NCBI GenBank assembly: GCA_002687745.1
Contig: NZBE01000019.1
Location: forward strand, 50,566-114,565
Origin: Acidimicrobiaceae bacterium
GTDB taxonomy: Bacteria > Actinomycetota > Acidimicrobiia > Acidimicrobiales > MedAcidi-G1
Direction of reading: 5' to 3'
DNA length: 64,000 nt
A program made the position numbers and the translations under genes. This document shows positions 37,838 through 46,039 of this stretch, piece by piece. Position 1 is the first letter of the stretch; every line of letters starts with the position of its first letter. The notes beneath the pieces are model-generated. The model searched no databases, was not told where the DNA came from, and saw nothing but the letters and a program-made list of their open reading frames with translations.

Positions 37838-39127
37838 CTAGGAGGCTGCAGGCCGGCGGGAACGACGGTTGCGGCGCGGAGGTGGTGTGGGTTCGATTCC
37901 GAAGCGTGCCGCCACGTCGGGAATGCTCATGGATACACGTCGGACGACCTCTAGCAGTTCCTCGGCCGGCTCGGCCGGGATGCCGGCGGGGACGACGCGC
38001 AGATGTACAGGCGACAGGGCGACCGCATCGATGATCGTGGCCCAGCGGTCCTGGCTGATATCGGAGGTGAGGCTGGTGTTTGCCGCCTCGGCCAGGCGCT
38101 CCAGCTCTGTAGCCGGCAGGGGAGAGCCGGCCTTCGGCGGTCTGGAGCTGAGCCGGAGGGCACGCACTATCCGACCGTCGTCGAGGGTGGTCCTGACCTC
38201 GTTCATCCACTCTGTGTGCTCATGTTCGACACGCTCAACCAGGCCATGGCGGAGCTTCTCGGCGAGGCTCCGCGTCTCGTCGGTCCGGGCCGCTGTGTCG
38301 GCTGCTACGACCACTGACCGGAGGTCGCGAAGGTCGAGTTCGGCCATGCCGGCAAGGGCGGCCTCGGCGCGGTCGTGCCAGTCGGCGGTCCTGAGGTTCG
38401 GCTGAATCCGTTCTGCGAGTTGGAGCAGCAGGTCCACGGGGATCTCGGGTTCACCGGCCTCTGCTGCACACCGGTTCTGAGCGGTGATCGCGTCGCGCAG
38501 GCCGGGGAGCCCCGCACGGGCCAGGTGCTGGCCGATGAGGCGCATCTCCTCGGGGAGGGCTGCAAGAGCGGCCTTGCGGTGCCTGCGGCGGGGGCGAAGG
38601 CGTCGGGGCCTGGGTGCTGTCGGAGCGGCAGGGGAGCGCCGCCTGGTGCCCTCGCTGCCCTTTCGGGTCCTGCGGCGGTTACCACCTTTGTTGTCCGGCT
38701 TGGAGTCGCCGTCGCTTCGCCTGTCGGAGGCACCACCGCGGTCACCACGTTCCCTGCGGGCGGCGCCTCCCTTCTTGTCGTCTGTGCGGCGTCTCCTTGA
38801 GTCTCCGTCGCGACGCTGCCTGTCGTCTTTGCGTCCCGAGCGACCCTTCTTGGCGAGGGTGGTCATGACATCGGGTTCGTTTCGGCCGCTGCCGAGGATC
38901 TCGAGTAGATCCGGCTTGCCGCCGCCTGCCTTTGGAGCCAGCACGGCTGTGATCTCAAGGCCATCCAAGAACTGGTCGGTTTCAGCGCGGAGTTGATCGC
39001 CCACTTTTGCACCAGTGGGAAGAAGACTGCCATCGAGGATTCCTCGTGGCTCCCGAGCGCCTGTGGCCCTCCACGTCCACGATCCGTCGTCACAGCGACT
39101 TGTCAGTTCGATGTCGATGCGTGGCAT
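37838..39127 (-). CDS. Hypothetical protein with a central ~100-aa Arg/Asp/Gly-rich disordered segment
   Basis: ATG 39127 (MPRIDIELTS...). A compact N-terminal domain, then an R/D/G-rich linker (RRRRTDDKKGGAARRERGDRGG...RPRRLRPRRRHRK), then a helical C-terminal domain. I recognised no family. Confidence 0.6.
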   Translation of the reverse strand: MPRIDIELTSRCDDGSWTWRATGAREPRGILDGSLLPTGAKVGDQLRAETDQFLDGLEITAVLAPKAGGGKPDLLEILGSGRNEPDVMTTLAKKGRSGRKDDRQRRDGDSRRRRTDDKKGGAARRERGDRGGASDRRSDGDSKPDNKGGNRRRTRKGSEGTRRRSPAAPTAPRPRRLRPRRRHRKAALAALPEEMRLIGQHLARAGLPGLRDAITAQNRCAAEAGEPEIPVDLLLQLAERIQPNLRTADWHDRAEAALAGMAELDLRDLRSVVVAADTAARTDETRSLAEKLRHGLVERVEHEHTEWMNEVRTTLDDGRIVRALRLSSRPPKAGSPLPATELERLAEAANTSLTSDISQDRWATIIDAVALSPVHLRVVPAGIPAEPAEELLEVVRRVSMSIPDVAARFGIEPTPPPRRNRRSRRPAAS

Positions 39128-39197
39128 GGCCCACAACGCTAGCCGTCAGGAGGGGGATGGCGACCTGACCGCTGATTTTCGGAGACGATCCACCACT

Positions 39198-39225
39198 TGT
39201 CAAGATAATCGACATTATCTTTGAC
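39198..39225. promoter_or_regulatory. dif-like 28-bp imperfect palindrome (candidate recombinase binding or recombination site, or an operator)
   Basis: TGTCAAGATAA-TCGACA-TTATCTTTGAC. The inner arms AAGATAA / TTATCTT are perfect inverted repeats, and the outer GTC/GAC are offset by 1 nt. The site ends 22 nt before the recombinase ATG. Confidence 0.4.
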
Positions 39226-39247
39226 TTAGAAGAAGGAGTTCAGAACC

Positions 39248-40315
39248 ATGGCGCATTCGCAACTACCAATAGATCAGCACCTTGAATCGCATAGCCCCGG
39301 GGGCGAGGAGTTCGACTCGCTGTCGCCGGTAGTTCGGGAGTGGCTCGAATCCCTCGCCCTGTTTGAGGAAAAAGCTCCCCCAACTATCAAGCAATACAGC
39401 CAGGCTATTCGCCGTGTGATGCACCTGGCGGACATTGACCCCAAGTCCTTTGGACCTATGAGTTTGAATCAGGCCGAACTGACCGATCTGGTTCGTGAGA
39501 TGCGAAGAGTTGACGGCCCGAAGGGTGGATTTTCGAAAGCCACCCTTTCACAGACGTTGGCTGCGTTGAAATCGTTTTACGCCTTCTGCAAGGACCAGGG
39601 ATTAGCACCGGAGATCCCAGACATTGGCCGGATACGGAAGTTGGCTCGTATCCAGGTCTTCAATCAACAGGACCCAGAATTCTATTCAAGATCTGAGATC
39701 CGTCGCTTGTTCGCCGAAGCTGTATCGGATGACGTGAAACAACACCGTGTCCGCTGGCCGAGTCGTGACTTAGCAATGTGTGGATTTCTTGCTGTATTGG
39801 GCCTCCGGGCGGCCGAGCTACTTGCTGCCGAGTTGAACTGGATCAGGGATGAACGCGGAGAGGTCAATTCTTCCATTGCCTCGTGCATGTTGGACGTGAT
39901 TGGGAAGAGAAGCATCAAGAGGCGGCTCCCCTTGTCAGAAGAACTCTATTATTCAAATCAGCGATGGCAAGCGGAACGAGTCGAACGGTTTGGACCAACC
40001 CGTAACACTGACCGACTCTTCGTAACCAATAATGGGACACCTTTTTCGTATCAGCAACTGCTCTATTGGTTGCGCCTGCTAAATGATCATGCAGGCCTTC
40101 GTAGAAGAACGCCGCATGCTCTTCGCCACACCGCTGGTGTGCAATTGGCCGAGGATGAGGTTCCACTTAATGTCGTTCAGGCATTGCTTGGGCACACGTC
40201 GATCGCCACCACGGGTATCTATACCGAGATTGCTGGTGGACAGATTGCCAGAAGCCTTGGAATGTCGCGGAGTAACGCACTGTTGGGCGAAGCGCTTAAG
40301 GAATCAGGACAATGA
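39248..40315 (+). CDS. Tyrosine recombinase / phage-integrase-family protein
   Basis: AAGGAG RBS. N-terminal SAM-like core-binding domain. Catalytic residues in context: GLRAAEL (Arg), HALRHT (His-x-x-Arg), LGHTSIATTGIYTE (His...Tyr). 355 aa. Confidence 0.9.
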   Translation: MAHSQLPIDQHLESHSPGGEEFDSLSPVVREWLESLALFEEKAPPTIKQYSQAIRRVMHLADIDPKSFGPMSLNQAELTDLVREMRRVDGPKGGFSKATLSQTLAALKSFYAFCKDQGLAPEIPDIGRIRKLARIQVFNQQDPEFYSRSEIRRLFAEAVSDDVKQHRVRWPSRDLAMCGFLAVLGLRAAELLAAELNWIRDERGEVNSSIASCMLDVIGKRSIKRRLPLSEELYYSNQRWQAERVERFGPTRNTDRLFVTNNGTPFSYQQLLYWLRLLNDHAGLRRRTPHALRHTAGVQLAEDEVPLNVVQALLGHTSIATTGIYTEIAGGQIARSLGMSRSNALLGEALKESGQ

Positions 40316-40860
40316 AGAATTCCATTAAGTCACTCCTTCTGGTTGCTGCACCTGAGTTAGCTGATCAGAACTTCTCCCGATCGGTCTTGCTCATGGTCGA
40401 GCACAACGAGGACGGCGCCCTGGGGCTGGTCCTGAACCGCCAACTCCAGGTATCGGCAGCAGATGCCGTACCTCCCTGGGCCGACCTGCTCGAGCCACCG
40501 GGCCTCGTCCACTCGGGCGGCCCGGTGTCAGAGGGAACGATCGTGGGCCTCGGGTCGGCACCAGAGGGCGGACACCCGTGTGTCACTCCCCTGCTCGGCC
40601 CCATTGGCCTTCTGGACCTGCATGCTGACCCCGCTGAGACCCCGGGTGTGAGCGCCGTACGCCTCTTTGCCGGCTATGCGGGATGGTCGGCAGGCCAACT
40701 CGAGGTGGAGTTGGCCGTCGGATCCTGGTTCGTGCTTGAGGCCCAGCCTGCCGACGTCACCACGGCCGACCCTGAGGGCCTGTGGTCCACTGTGCTGGCC
40801 AGACAGGCAGGACTCCTCGGCCAACTGGCCGTCTACCCTGACGATCCCACCCTCAACTGA
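40312..40860 (+). CDS. YqgE/AlgH-family (UPF0301) protein
   Basis: LLVAAPELADQNFSRSVLLMVEHNEDGALGLVLNR is the family N-terminal signature. The ATG overlaps the recombinase stop (ATGA). Confidence 0.85.
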   Translation: MKNSIKSLLLVAAPELADQNFSRSVLLMVEHNEDGALGLVLNRQLQVSAADAVPPWADLLEPPGLVHSGGPVSEGTIVGLGSAPEGGHPCVTPLLGPIGLLDLHADPAETPGVSAVRLFAGYAGWSAGQLEVELAVGSWFVLEAQPADVTTADPEGLWSTVLARQAGLLGQLAVYPDDPTLN

Positions 40861-40876
40861 GGAGACACCAGACCTG

Positions 40877-41785
40877 TCAGGGCCTGATCTCGACAGGGGT
40901 GCCGGCGGGTAGGAGGGCAAGACGCTCAATAACGTCGTCATGCATCCGGATGCAGCCCTCGGAGACATCGGTGCCGAGAACAGACGGATCGTTCGTCCCG
41001 TGGAGGGCGATTGTGGGATCCATGCCGTTGATGAGCGGGAGCGTCTCAGAAAACCCCGAAAGGCCGATAATCCACGAACCGAACATCGTGTCGGGATCGG
41101 CTTGCTCCTGGAACTCGTTCATGTAGAACTCCCCCAGCGGGGTCGGTGTTCCGTCGGCGCCGAGCGCCACGGCCCCCTCGGCAACAATGACACCGTCCTC
41201 CCAGGCCGTGACCCGGTGGTCGGCGAGGTCCACGAGCACCCTTGCACGGTGGGTTGACAGTGAGACATCGGACCTGCGCACGAACCCCGTCGTTTCGTTG
41301 GGACGAACCGGTAGTGCAACCTCGAGCATCTCACCCAGGTCCCGGAGCACCAGGACGACACGGGATCCGGAGAAGGGCCCGGGATTGGGAAGCTCCCACC
41401 ACGGCTCATCCGCATCCGCAGTTCGGAACGTCTCAAGCAGCCCGACCGTGGCGGTGGCGACGGTGAAGGAGACATCAGGTGTCGGGTCGGCCACCTCGAC
41501 CTCAGGTTCGGTTGTCGTCGATGGAACCGTCGACGGTGTGGTTGTGGGCGGGACCGTTACGGGCGCAGCAGTCGTAGGTGGTACCGGCAGCGTCGTTGTG
41601 GTGGTCGTTGAAGTTGTGGAGATCGTAGGGGGAGGAAGCGTCACCACCGGAATGGTCACCGTCGGGACGGGGCCGAGGCTGACCATTCCGACACGTTCTG
41701 CCCACGGTTCCTCGGTGGCACAACCGAGGAGGGGCCCGATCGGTAGCAGGAGTGCTGTGATGAGTATCCGATCTCGACAGCCCAC
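40877..41785 (-). CDS. L,D-transpeptidase lipoprotein (YkuD domain)
   Basis: GTG start with an AAAGGGGAG RBS. Lipobox LLGC. Thr/Pro-rich linker. Catalytic HGTND...SEGCIRM. Confidence 0.88.
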   Translation of the reverse strand: MGCRDRILITALLLPIGPLLGCATEEPWAERVGMVSLGPVPTVTIPVVTLPPPTISTTSTTTTTTLPVPPTTAAPVTVPPTTTPSTVPSTTTEPEVEVADPTPDVSFTVATATVGLLETFRTADADEPWWELPNPGPFSGSRVVLVLRDLGEMLEVALPVRPNETTGFVRRSDVSLSTHRARVLVDLADHRVTAWEDGVIVAEGAVALGADGTPTPLGEFYMNEFQEQADPDTMFGSWIIGLSGFSETLPLINGMDPTIALHGTNDPSVLGTDVSEGCIRMHDDVIERLALLPAGTPVEIRP

Positions 41786-41816
41786 CTCCCCTTTCTACCC
41801 GCCACGATGGCAAAGA

Positions 41817-42407
41817 TCAGGTGGAGACCCCGGATCGCTGCCTGGATCGACCAGTGGGCAGGAGTTGAGGGCTTGGCGGAATGAAGGGAGGAACCGCACG
41901 CGGCACCGCCCCCCGGTCAAGTAGTCGTACAAGCACGCCCGCCAGCGCCCGGCTGTCGTCGAGGGCCCTGTGGGCGCCGTCCAACTCGACCCCGAGTGCC
42001 TGAGACAGGTCGCCGAGGCGCCCGGGCAACCCCAGGCCCCGGGCCATCGGCACGGTGTCGACTGCCGAGAGCGAGAGCGGTCCGAGCCCCGTACGGGCCC
42101 ACTCGGCCGTCACAAAGCCCACGTCGAACGAGGCGTTGTGTGCAACGGGAACACAGCCGTCCAGCTCAGCCATGAGGTCACCAGCGACCTCGCTGAAGGT
42201 AGGTGCATCGACCAGCAGGCCGGGGCGGATGCCGTGAATGTCGAACCTTCCCAGGTCAGGGGTGCCCGCATCGATGAGGGTGCTCCACTCCCCCACCGTC
42301 TCTCCGGCGGGCGTCACCTTCACGACAGCTATCTCGATCACACGGGCACGGCGAGAATCCAGGCCGGTCGTCTCGACGTCGAAACAGGAATACACCGTGT
42401 CGGACAT
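41817..42407 (-). CDS. DnaQ/epsilon-like DEDDh 3'-5' exonuclease
   Basis: ExoI FDVETTGL, ExoII VAHNASFDVGF, ExoIII HRALDDSRA. Start set at ATG 42407 (MSDTVYSCFDVE...). Confidence 0.85.
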   Translation of the reverse strand: MSDTVYSCFDVETTGLDSRRARVIEIAVVKVTPAGETVGEWSTLIDAGTPDLGRFDIHGIRPGLLVDAPTFSEVAGDLMAELDGCVPVAHNASFDVGFVTAEWARTGLGPLSLSAVDTVPMARGLGLPGRLGDLSQALGVELDGAHRALDDSRALAGVLVRLLDRGAVPRAVPPFIPPSPQLLPTGRSRQRSGVST

Positions 42408-42433
42408 CAGGGGAGAAACGAGCCGGTAGGCGG

Positions 42434-43792
42434 TTGACGTTTCCCACGGCTGGCCATGCCGGGACCGTAGTCGCCCGGTGCGGGGGCAACGGCCCTCCTG
42501 CCGGTACGGTCCCGCCGGTGACAGGCAGCGACGGCGCAACAGATACCCACCCGCACGGGGCTCTGCAGCGCCGGACACTGCGGGTGCTCATGGCCGGACT
42601 GGTTCCCGCTGGTGCCGCCATGACCGGCGCCTACTCGGCTGCAGCGGTGCTGGGTGAGGAGCTGACCGGTAGCGAGCTGCTGGGTGGCCTGGCAGCATCG
42701 GGCATGACCGTCGGGTCGGCGCTGGCGATCCTGCCACTTGCACGCCTCATGTCCCGGAGGGGTCGACGACCTGGCCTGCTGGTGGGGTACCTGGTGGCTG
42801 CCAGCGGAGCGACGCTGTGCATGTCGGCGGCCGTGACCGGCTGGTACCCGCTGCTCATACCCGGAATGCTCGGGGTGGGCTCAGGCAACGCAGCCAACCT
42901 TGCGGCTCGATACGCAGCGGCTGACCTTGCACCCGAGGTCGGGCGTGCACGGGCAATCGGCACACTCGTCTGGGCCTCAACGATCGGTGCCGTGCTCGGA
43001 CCGTCCATCGGGTTCGGCCCAGCCACGTCGCTTGCCGGTCTGTTCGGAGCATCTGATCTGGCCGCTCCCTACATGCTCTCGGTGTCCCTGTTCCTGATGG
43101 CAGCGCTCGTGGTCGCCAGATGGCTGAGGCCAGATCCGCTGCTGGTTGCCGGTGGGGTCGGCGGCAGCGACACCAGCGAAGGCCATCATCTGGTTGACGC
43201 AGCACGTACCCTCGCCGGTTCGGCGACCGGGCGTCTGGCTGTGCTCTCAATGGTTGTTGGGCACGTTGTCATGGTGGGTGTCATGACCATGACCCCGCTC
43301 CACCTTCGCGAAGGGGCCCATCAACTGGAGATCATCGGTTTCGTGATCTCCCTTCACATCATCGGCATGTACGCCTGTGCTCCGATCGTCGGGTGGCTGG
43401 CCGACCGCCTCGGCTCCCTGACCGTTCTGGCTGCCGGCGGCTTGATCCTGTGCACTGGCTCCGAGTTGGCTGCTCACACCCGGCCCGAGGACTCGCTGGG
43501 GATCTTCGTAGGGCTGTTCCTGATCGGCCTGGGCTGGTGTTTCGGTCTGATTGCCTCGTCGGCCCTACTGGTGGAGGAGTTCGATGGCCCTGAACGGGTG
43601 CGGGTGCAGGGTCTGGCTGATGTCGTAATGACCGCTGCAGGAGCGCTTGCCGGAGTTGGGTCAGGTCTGTTCGTGACCTTCACCGACTATGCGACGCTTG
43701 CCCACGTAGGTGCCCCGATCGGCCTATTCCCGACAGCGGCGGTTCTCATGGTTCGCCTGGGGGCCCGGCGGAGGAGCCAGGTCGGCAAGTGA
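42434..43792 (+). CDS. MFS transporter
   Basis: 12-TM-like hydropathy with the loop motif LARLMSRRGRRPGL between TM2 and TM3. The start is uncertain: TTG 42434 is the ORF maximum and an internal GTG is possible. Confidence 0.8.
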   Translation: MTFPTAGHAGTVVARCGGNGPPAGTVPPVTGSDGATDTHPHGALQRRTLRVLMAGLVPAGAAMTGAYSAAAVLGEELTGSELLGGLAASGMTVGSALAILPLARLMSRRGRRPGLLVGYLVAASGATLCMSAAVTGWYPLLIPGMLGVGSGNAANLAARYAAADLAPEVGRARAIGTLVWASTIGAVLGPSIGFGPATSLAGLFGASDLAAPYMLSVSLFLMAALVVARWLRPDPLLVAGGVGGSDTSEGHHLVDAARTLAGSATGRLAVLSMVVGHVVMVGVMTMTPLHLREGAHQLEIIGFVISLHIIGMYACAPIVGWLADRLGSLTVLAAGGLILCTGSELAAHTRPEDSLGIFVGLFLIGLGWCFGLIASSALLVEEFDGPERVRVQGLADVVMTAAGALAGVGSGLFVTFTDYATLAHVGAPIGLFPTAAVLMVRLGARRRSQVGK

Positions 43793-43843
43793 CCTCACCT
43801 GCCGCCATGTACCCACGCACCGGCTCCCGCTAACGTCTGGAAC

Positions 43844-44539
43844 ATGTCATCGACCGGTGGGCCACCAGTGGTCCTCCTGCACGGATTTGGCACCTCGTTC
43901 AGCACCACCTGGGAACAGAGCGGCTGGTCGGCCCTGTTGTCCGACGCCGGAAGACAGGTGGTTCCGGTGGACCTCCTCGGACATGGTGAGGCAGCCAAGC
44001 CCACCGACCCTGAGGACTACGCAGAGGTCGAGAAGCTGGTTCTGGAGCAGCTGCCAGCAGAACCCGTGGATGCCATCGGATTCTCGATGGGTGCCCGGGT
44101 ACTCCTGGTGCTGGCGGCTGCCAGCCCGGGGCGCTTCAATCGCCTGGTCGTGGCCGGGGTCGGCCGGAACCTGTTCGAGGAGGATCAGGCCCGGCGAAAG
44201 GCTGTGATCGAGGCGGTCAGGACCGGCGAGGCAGCGGACCCGGAGTTGGCGTACTTCGCTCGCCTTCCGGATTCACCGGGGGCCGACCGGACTGCGCTGG
44301 CCGCATTCCTTGCCAGGCCCGACCCGCCTGCCGTGAGTGGGGAGAGCCTTGCGCGGGTAACCCTGCCGGTCCTCGTCGTCCTGGGTGATGAGGACTTTGC
44401 AGGACCCCCCGACCAGCTCGTTGCGGCTCTGCCCGATGCCACCCTCAGGACGCTGCCCGGGGTCGACCACTTCGCAACCCCGGGAAACTTCGGTTTCATT
44501 GATGCTGCCCTGGAGTTCATAGACGCGCAGCCCTTCTAG
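43844..44539 (+). CDS. Alpha/beta-fold hydrolase
   Basis: VVLLHGFG oxyanion region, nucleophile elbow GFSMGA, and a C-terminal HF... histidine region. Confidence 0.8.
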   Translation: MSSTGGPPVVLLHGFGTSFSTTWEQSGWSALLSDAGRQVVPVDLLGHGEAAKPTDPEDYAEVEKLVLEQLPAEPVDAIGFSMGARVLLVLAAASPGRFNRLVVAGVGRNLFEEDQARRKAVIEAVRTGEAADPELAYFARLPDSPGADRTALAAFLARPDPPAVSGESLARVTLPVLVVLGDEDFAGPPDQLVAALPDATLRTLPGVDHFATPGNFGFIDAALEFIDAQPF

Positions 44540-44569
44540 CAACCCACAGCCGCCAGGTGGGTCCAGGAC

Positions 44570-46030
44570 TCAGCGAAGTGGCGCTGCGTCAGGCGTAATC
44601 GGGACAGGAAGCGAAGTCGACCCGACCAGGAACGCGTCGACTGCGGCAGCACAGGACCGGCCCTCGGCTATGGCCCAGACGATGAGCGACTGACCCCGTC
44701 CCATATCGCCACAGACGAACACGCCGTCGGCCGAGCTCTCAAACGAGGCGTCACGGGCAACGTTTCCGCGCTGGTCCAGGGTGAGGCCAACACCCTCGGC
44801 CAGTTCTTCGGTCTCTGGTCCGGTGAAGCCCATGGCCAACAGCACGAGGTCCGCCGGGAAGGTCTCCTCGGAGCCGTCGATCCGTTCAAATGAGGGTCGA
44901 CCATCGACGCTGCCGACGGTCACCCCGTGGGTCCGCAGCGCAGTCACATGTCCCTCATCTCCAAGGAACTCCTCGGTGTTGATGGAGAACCGTCGCCGAC
45001 CGCCCTCCTCATGGGCTGATGAGACCCTGTAGAGCGTCGGCCACGTCGGCCACGGGTTGATCTCGGGTCGTTCGTCGGCGGGGCGCGGCATGATCTCGAA
45101 CTGGTGGACGCTCGCTGCACCCTGTCGCAGGGCTGTTCCGAGGCAGTCCGCTCCGGTATCGCCACCGCCGATGATTACGACGTGTCTGCCTTCCGCTGAC
45201 ACGGGTGACCGATCAAGGTCCCCCTCCTGCACACGGTTCGCCCACGGCAGGAAGTCCATTGCCTGCATGATCCCGGCAAGGTCACGGCCCGGGATGGGCA
45301 GGTCACGACACCTGGTTGCCCCGCAGGCGAGGACGACTGCGTCGTAGTCCTCCCTGAGTTCCTGCAACGTCAGGTCACTGCCCACGTTGGTCCTGGTACG
45401 AAACTCTGTTCCCTCGGCCTCCATCTGGGCCAGGCGCCGGTCAAGGTGTCGCTTCTCCAGCTTGAACTCCGGGATGCCGAACCGGAGGAGGCCTCCGATC
45501 CGATCGGAGCGTTCAAAGACCACCACCTCGTGACCAGCACGCGTCAACTGCTGTGCCGCTGCCAGACCAGCCGGGCCGGAGCCGACCACCGCTACGCGCC
45601 GGCCACTGCGCTTCGAGGCAGGCACAGGCCTGATCCAACCCTCCTCCCAGGCCCTGTCCACGATCGAGACCTCAACCTGCTTGATCGTGACGGCCGGTTC
45701 GTTGATGCCGAGCACGCAGGCGGTCTCGCAGGGGGCAGGGCACAGACGACCTGTGAACTCCGGGAAGTTGTTCGTTGAATGAAGACGCTCGATGGCCTCG
45801 CTCCACTGACCCCGGAAGGTGAGGTCATTCCAGTCCGGAATAAGGTTCCCGAGAGGGCAACCGTGGTTGCAGAACGGAATTCCGCAGTCCATGCACCTGC
45901 TCGCCTGGCGTCTCAGGTCTGACTCGGGGAACGGCTCGTAGACCTCGCGCCAGTCCCTGAGCCTCACAGGAACCGAGCGGCGCTCAGGTACCTGACGATC
46001 GTGCTTGATGAAGCCCCGTATGTCGCCCAC
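44570..46030 (-). CDS. gltD: Glutamate synthase (NADPH) small subunit
   Basis: N-terminal Fe-S cysteines (CMDCGIPFC...CPLGN), and two dinucleotide folds (VAVVGSGPAGLAAA; VVIIGGGDTGADC). Confidence 0.93.
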   Translation of the reverse strand: MGDIRGFIKHDRQVPERRSVPVRLRDWREVYEPFPESDLRRQASRCMDCGIPFCNHGCPLGNLIPDWNDLTFRGQWSEAIERLHSTNNFPEFTGRLCPAPCETACVLGINEPAVTIKQVEVSIVDRAWEEGWIRPVPASKRSGRRVAVVGSGPAGLAAAQQLTRAGHEVVVFERSDRIGGLLRFGIPEFKLEKRHLDRRLAQMEAEGTEFRTRTNVGSDLTLQELREDYDAVVLACGATRCRDLPIPGRDLAGIMQAMDFLPWANRVQEGDLDRSPVSAEGRHVVIIGGGDTGADCLGTALRQGAASVHQFEIMPRPADERPEINPWPTWPTLYRVSSAHEEGGRRRFSINTEEFLGDEGHVTALRTHGVTVGSVDGRPSFERIDGSEETFPADLVLLAMGFTGPETEELAEGVGLTLDQRGNVARDASFESSADGVFVCGDMGRGQSLIVWAIAEGRSCAAAVDAFLVGSTSLPVPITPDAAPLR

Positions 46031-46039
46031 TGCTCCCCC

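Larger units (their letters stand above)
39185..40375 (+). mobile_element. Low-GC islet carrying only a tyrosine recombinase gene (possible integrated-element remnant or acquired Xer-like module)
   Basis: My hand GC counts on lines 39661, 39961 and 40021 are 48, 57 and 47%, against 63% at line 40681 and higher at 38581. TTA Leu codon at 39602. The islet boundaries are judged by eye. Confidence 0.4.

Noticed and set aside
39197-39226. Reading the palindrome as a PafBC-type RecA-independent DNA-damage promoter (TTGTCRGTG-N8-TANNNT)
   Set aside because: TTGTCAAGA matches only the first six positions. The nearest TANNNT (TATCTT) is 10 nt away rather than 8. This is too weak to claim without a matrix search.
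39128-40315. Integron integrase hypothesis (divergent gene arrangement upstream of the recombinase)
   Set aside because: There are no attC-like repeats or cassette array. The divergent gene has host-like GC and is 1.3 kb long.
39231-40339. 9-bp inverted repeat AGAAGGAGT (39231-39239) / ACTCCTTCT (40331-40339) bracketing the recombinase gene, as possible terminal inverted repeats
   Set aside because: The left copy is simply the Shine-Dalgarno region, and the right copy is inside yqgE coding sequence. The match does not extend, and a chance 9-mer match in about 100-nt windows is plausible.
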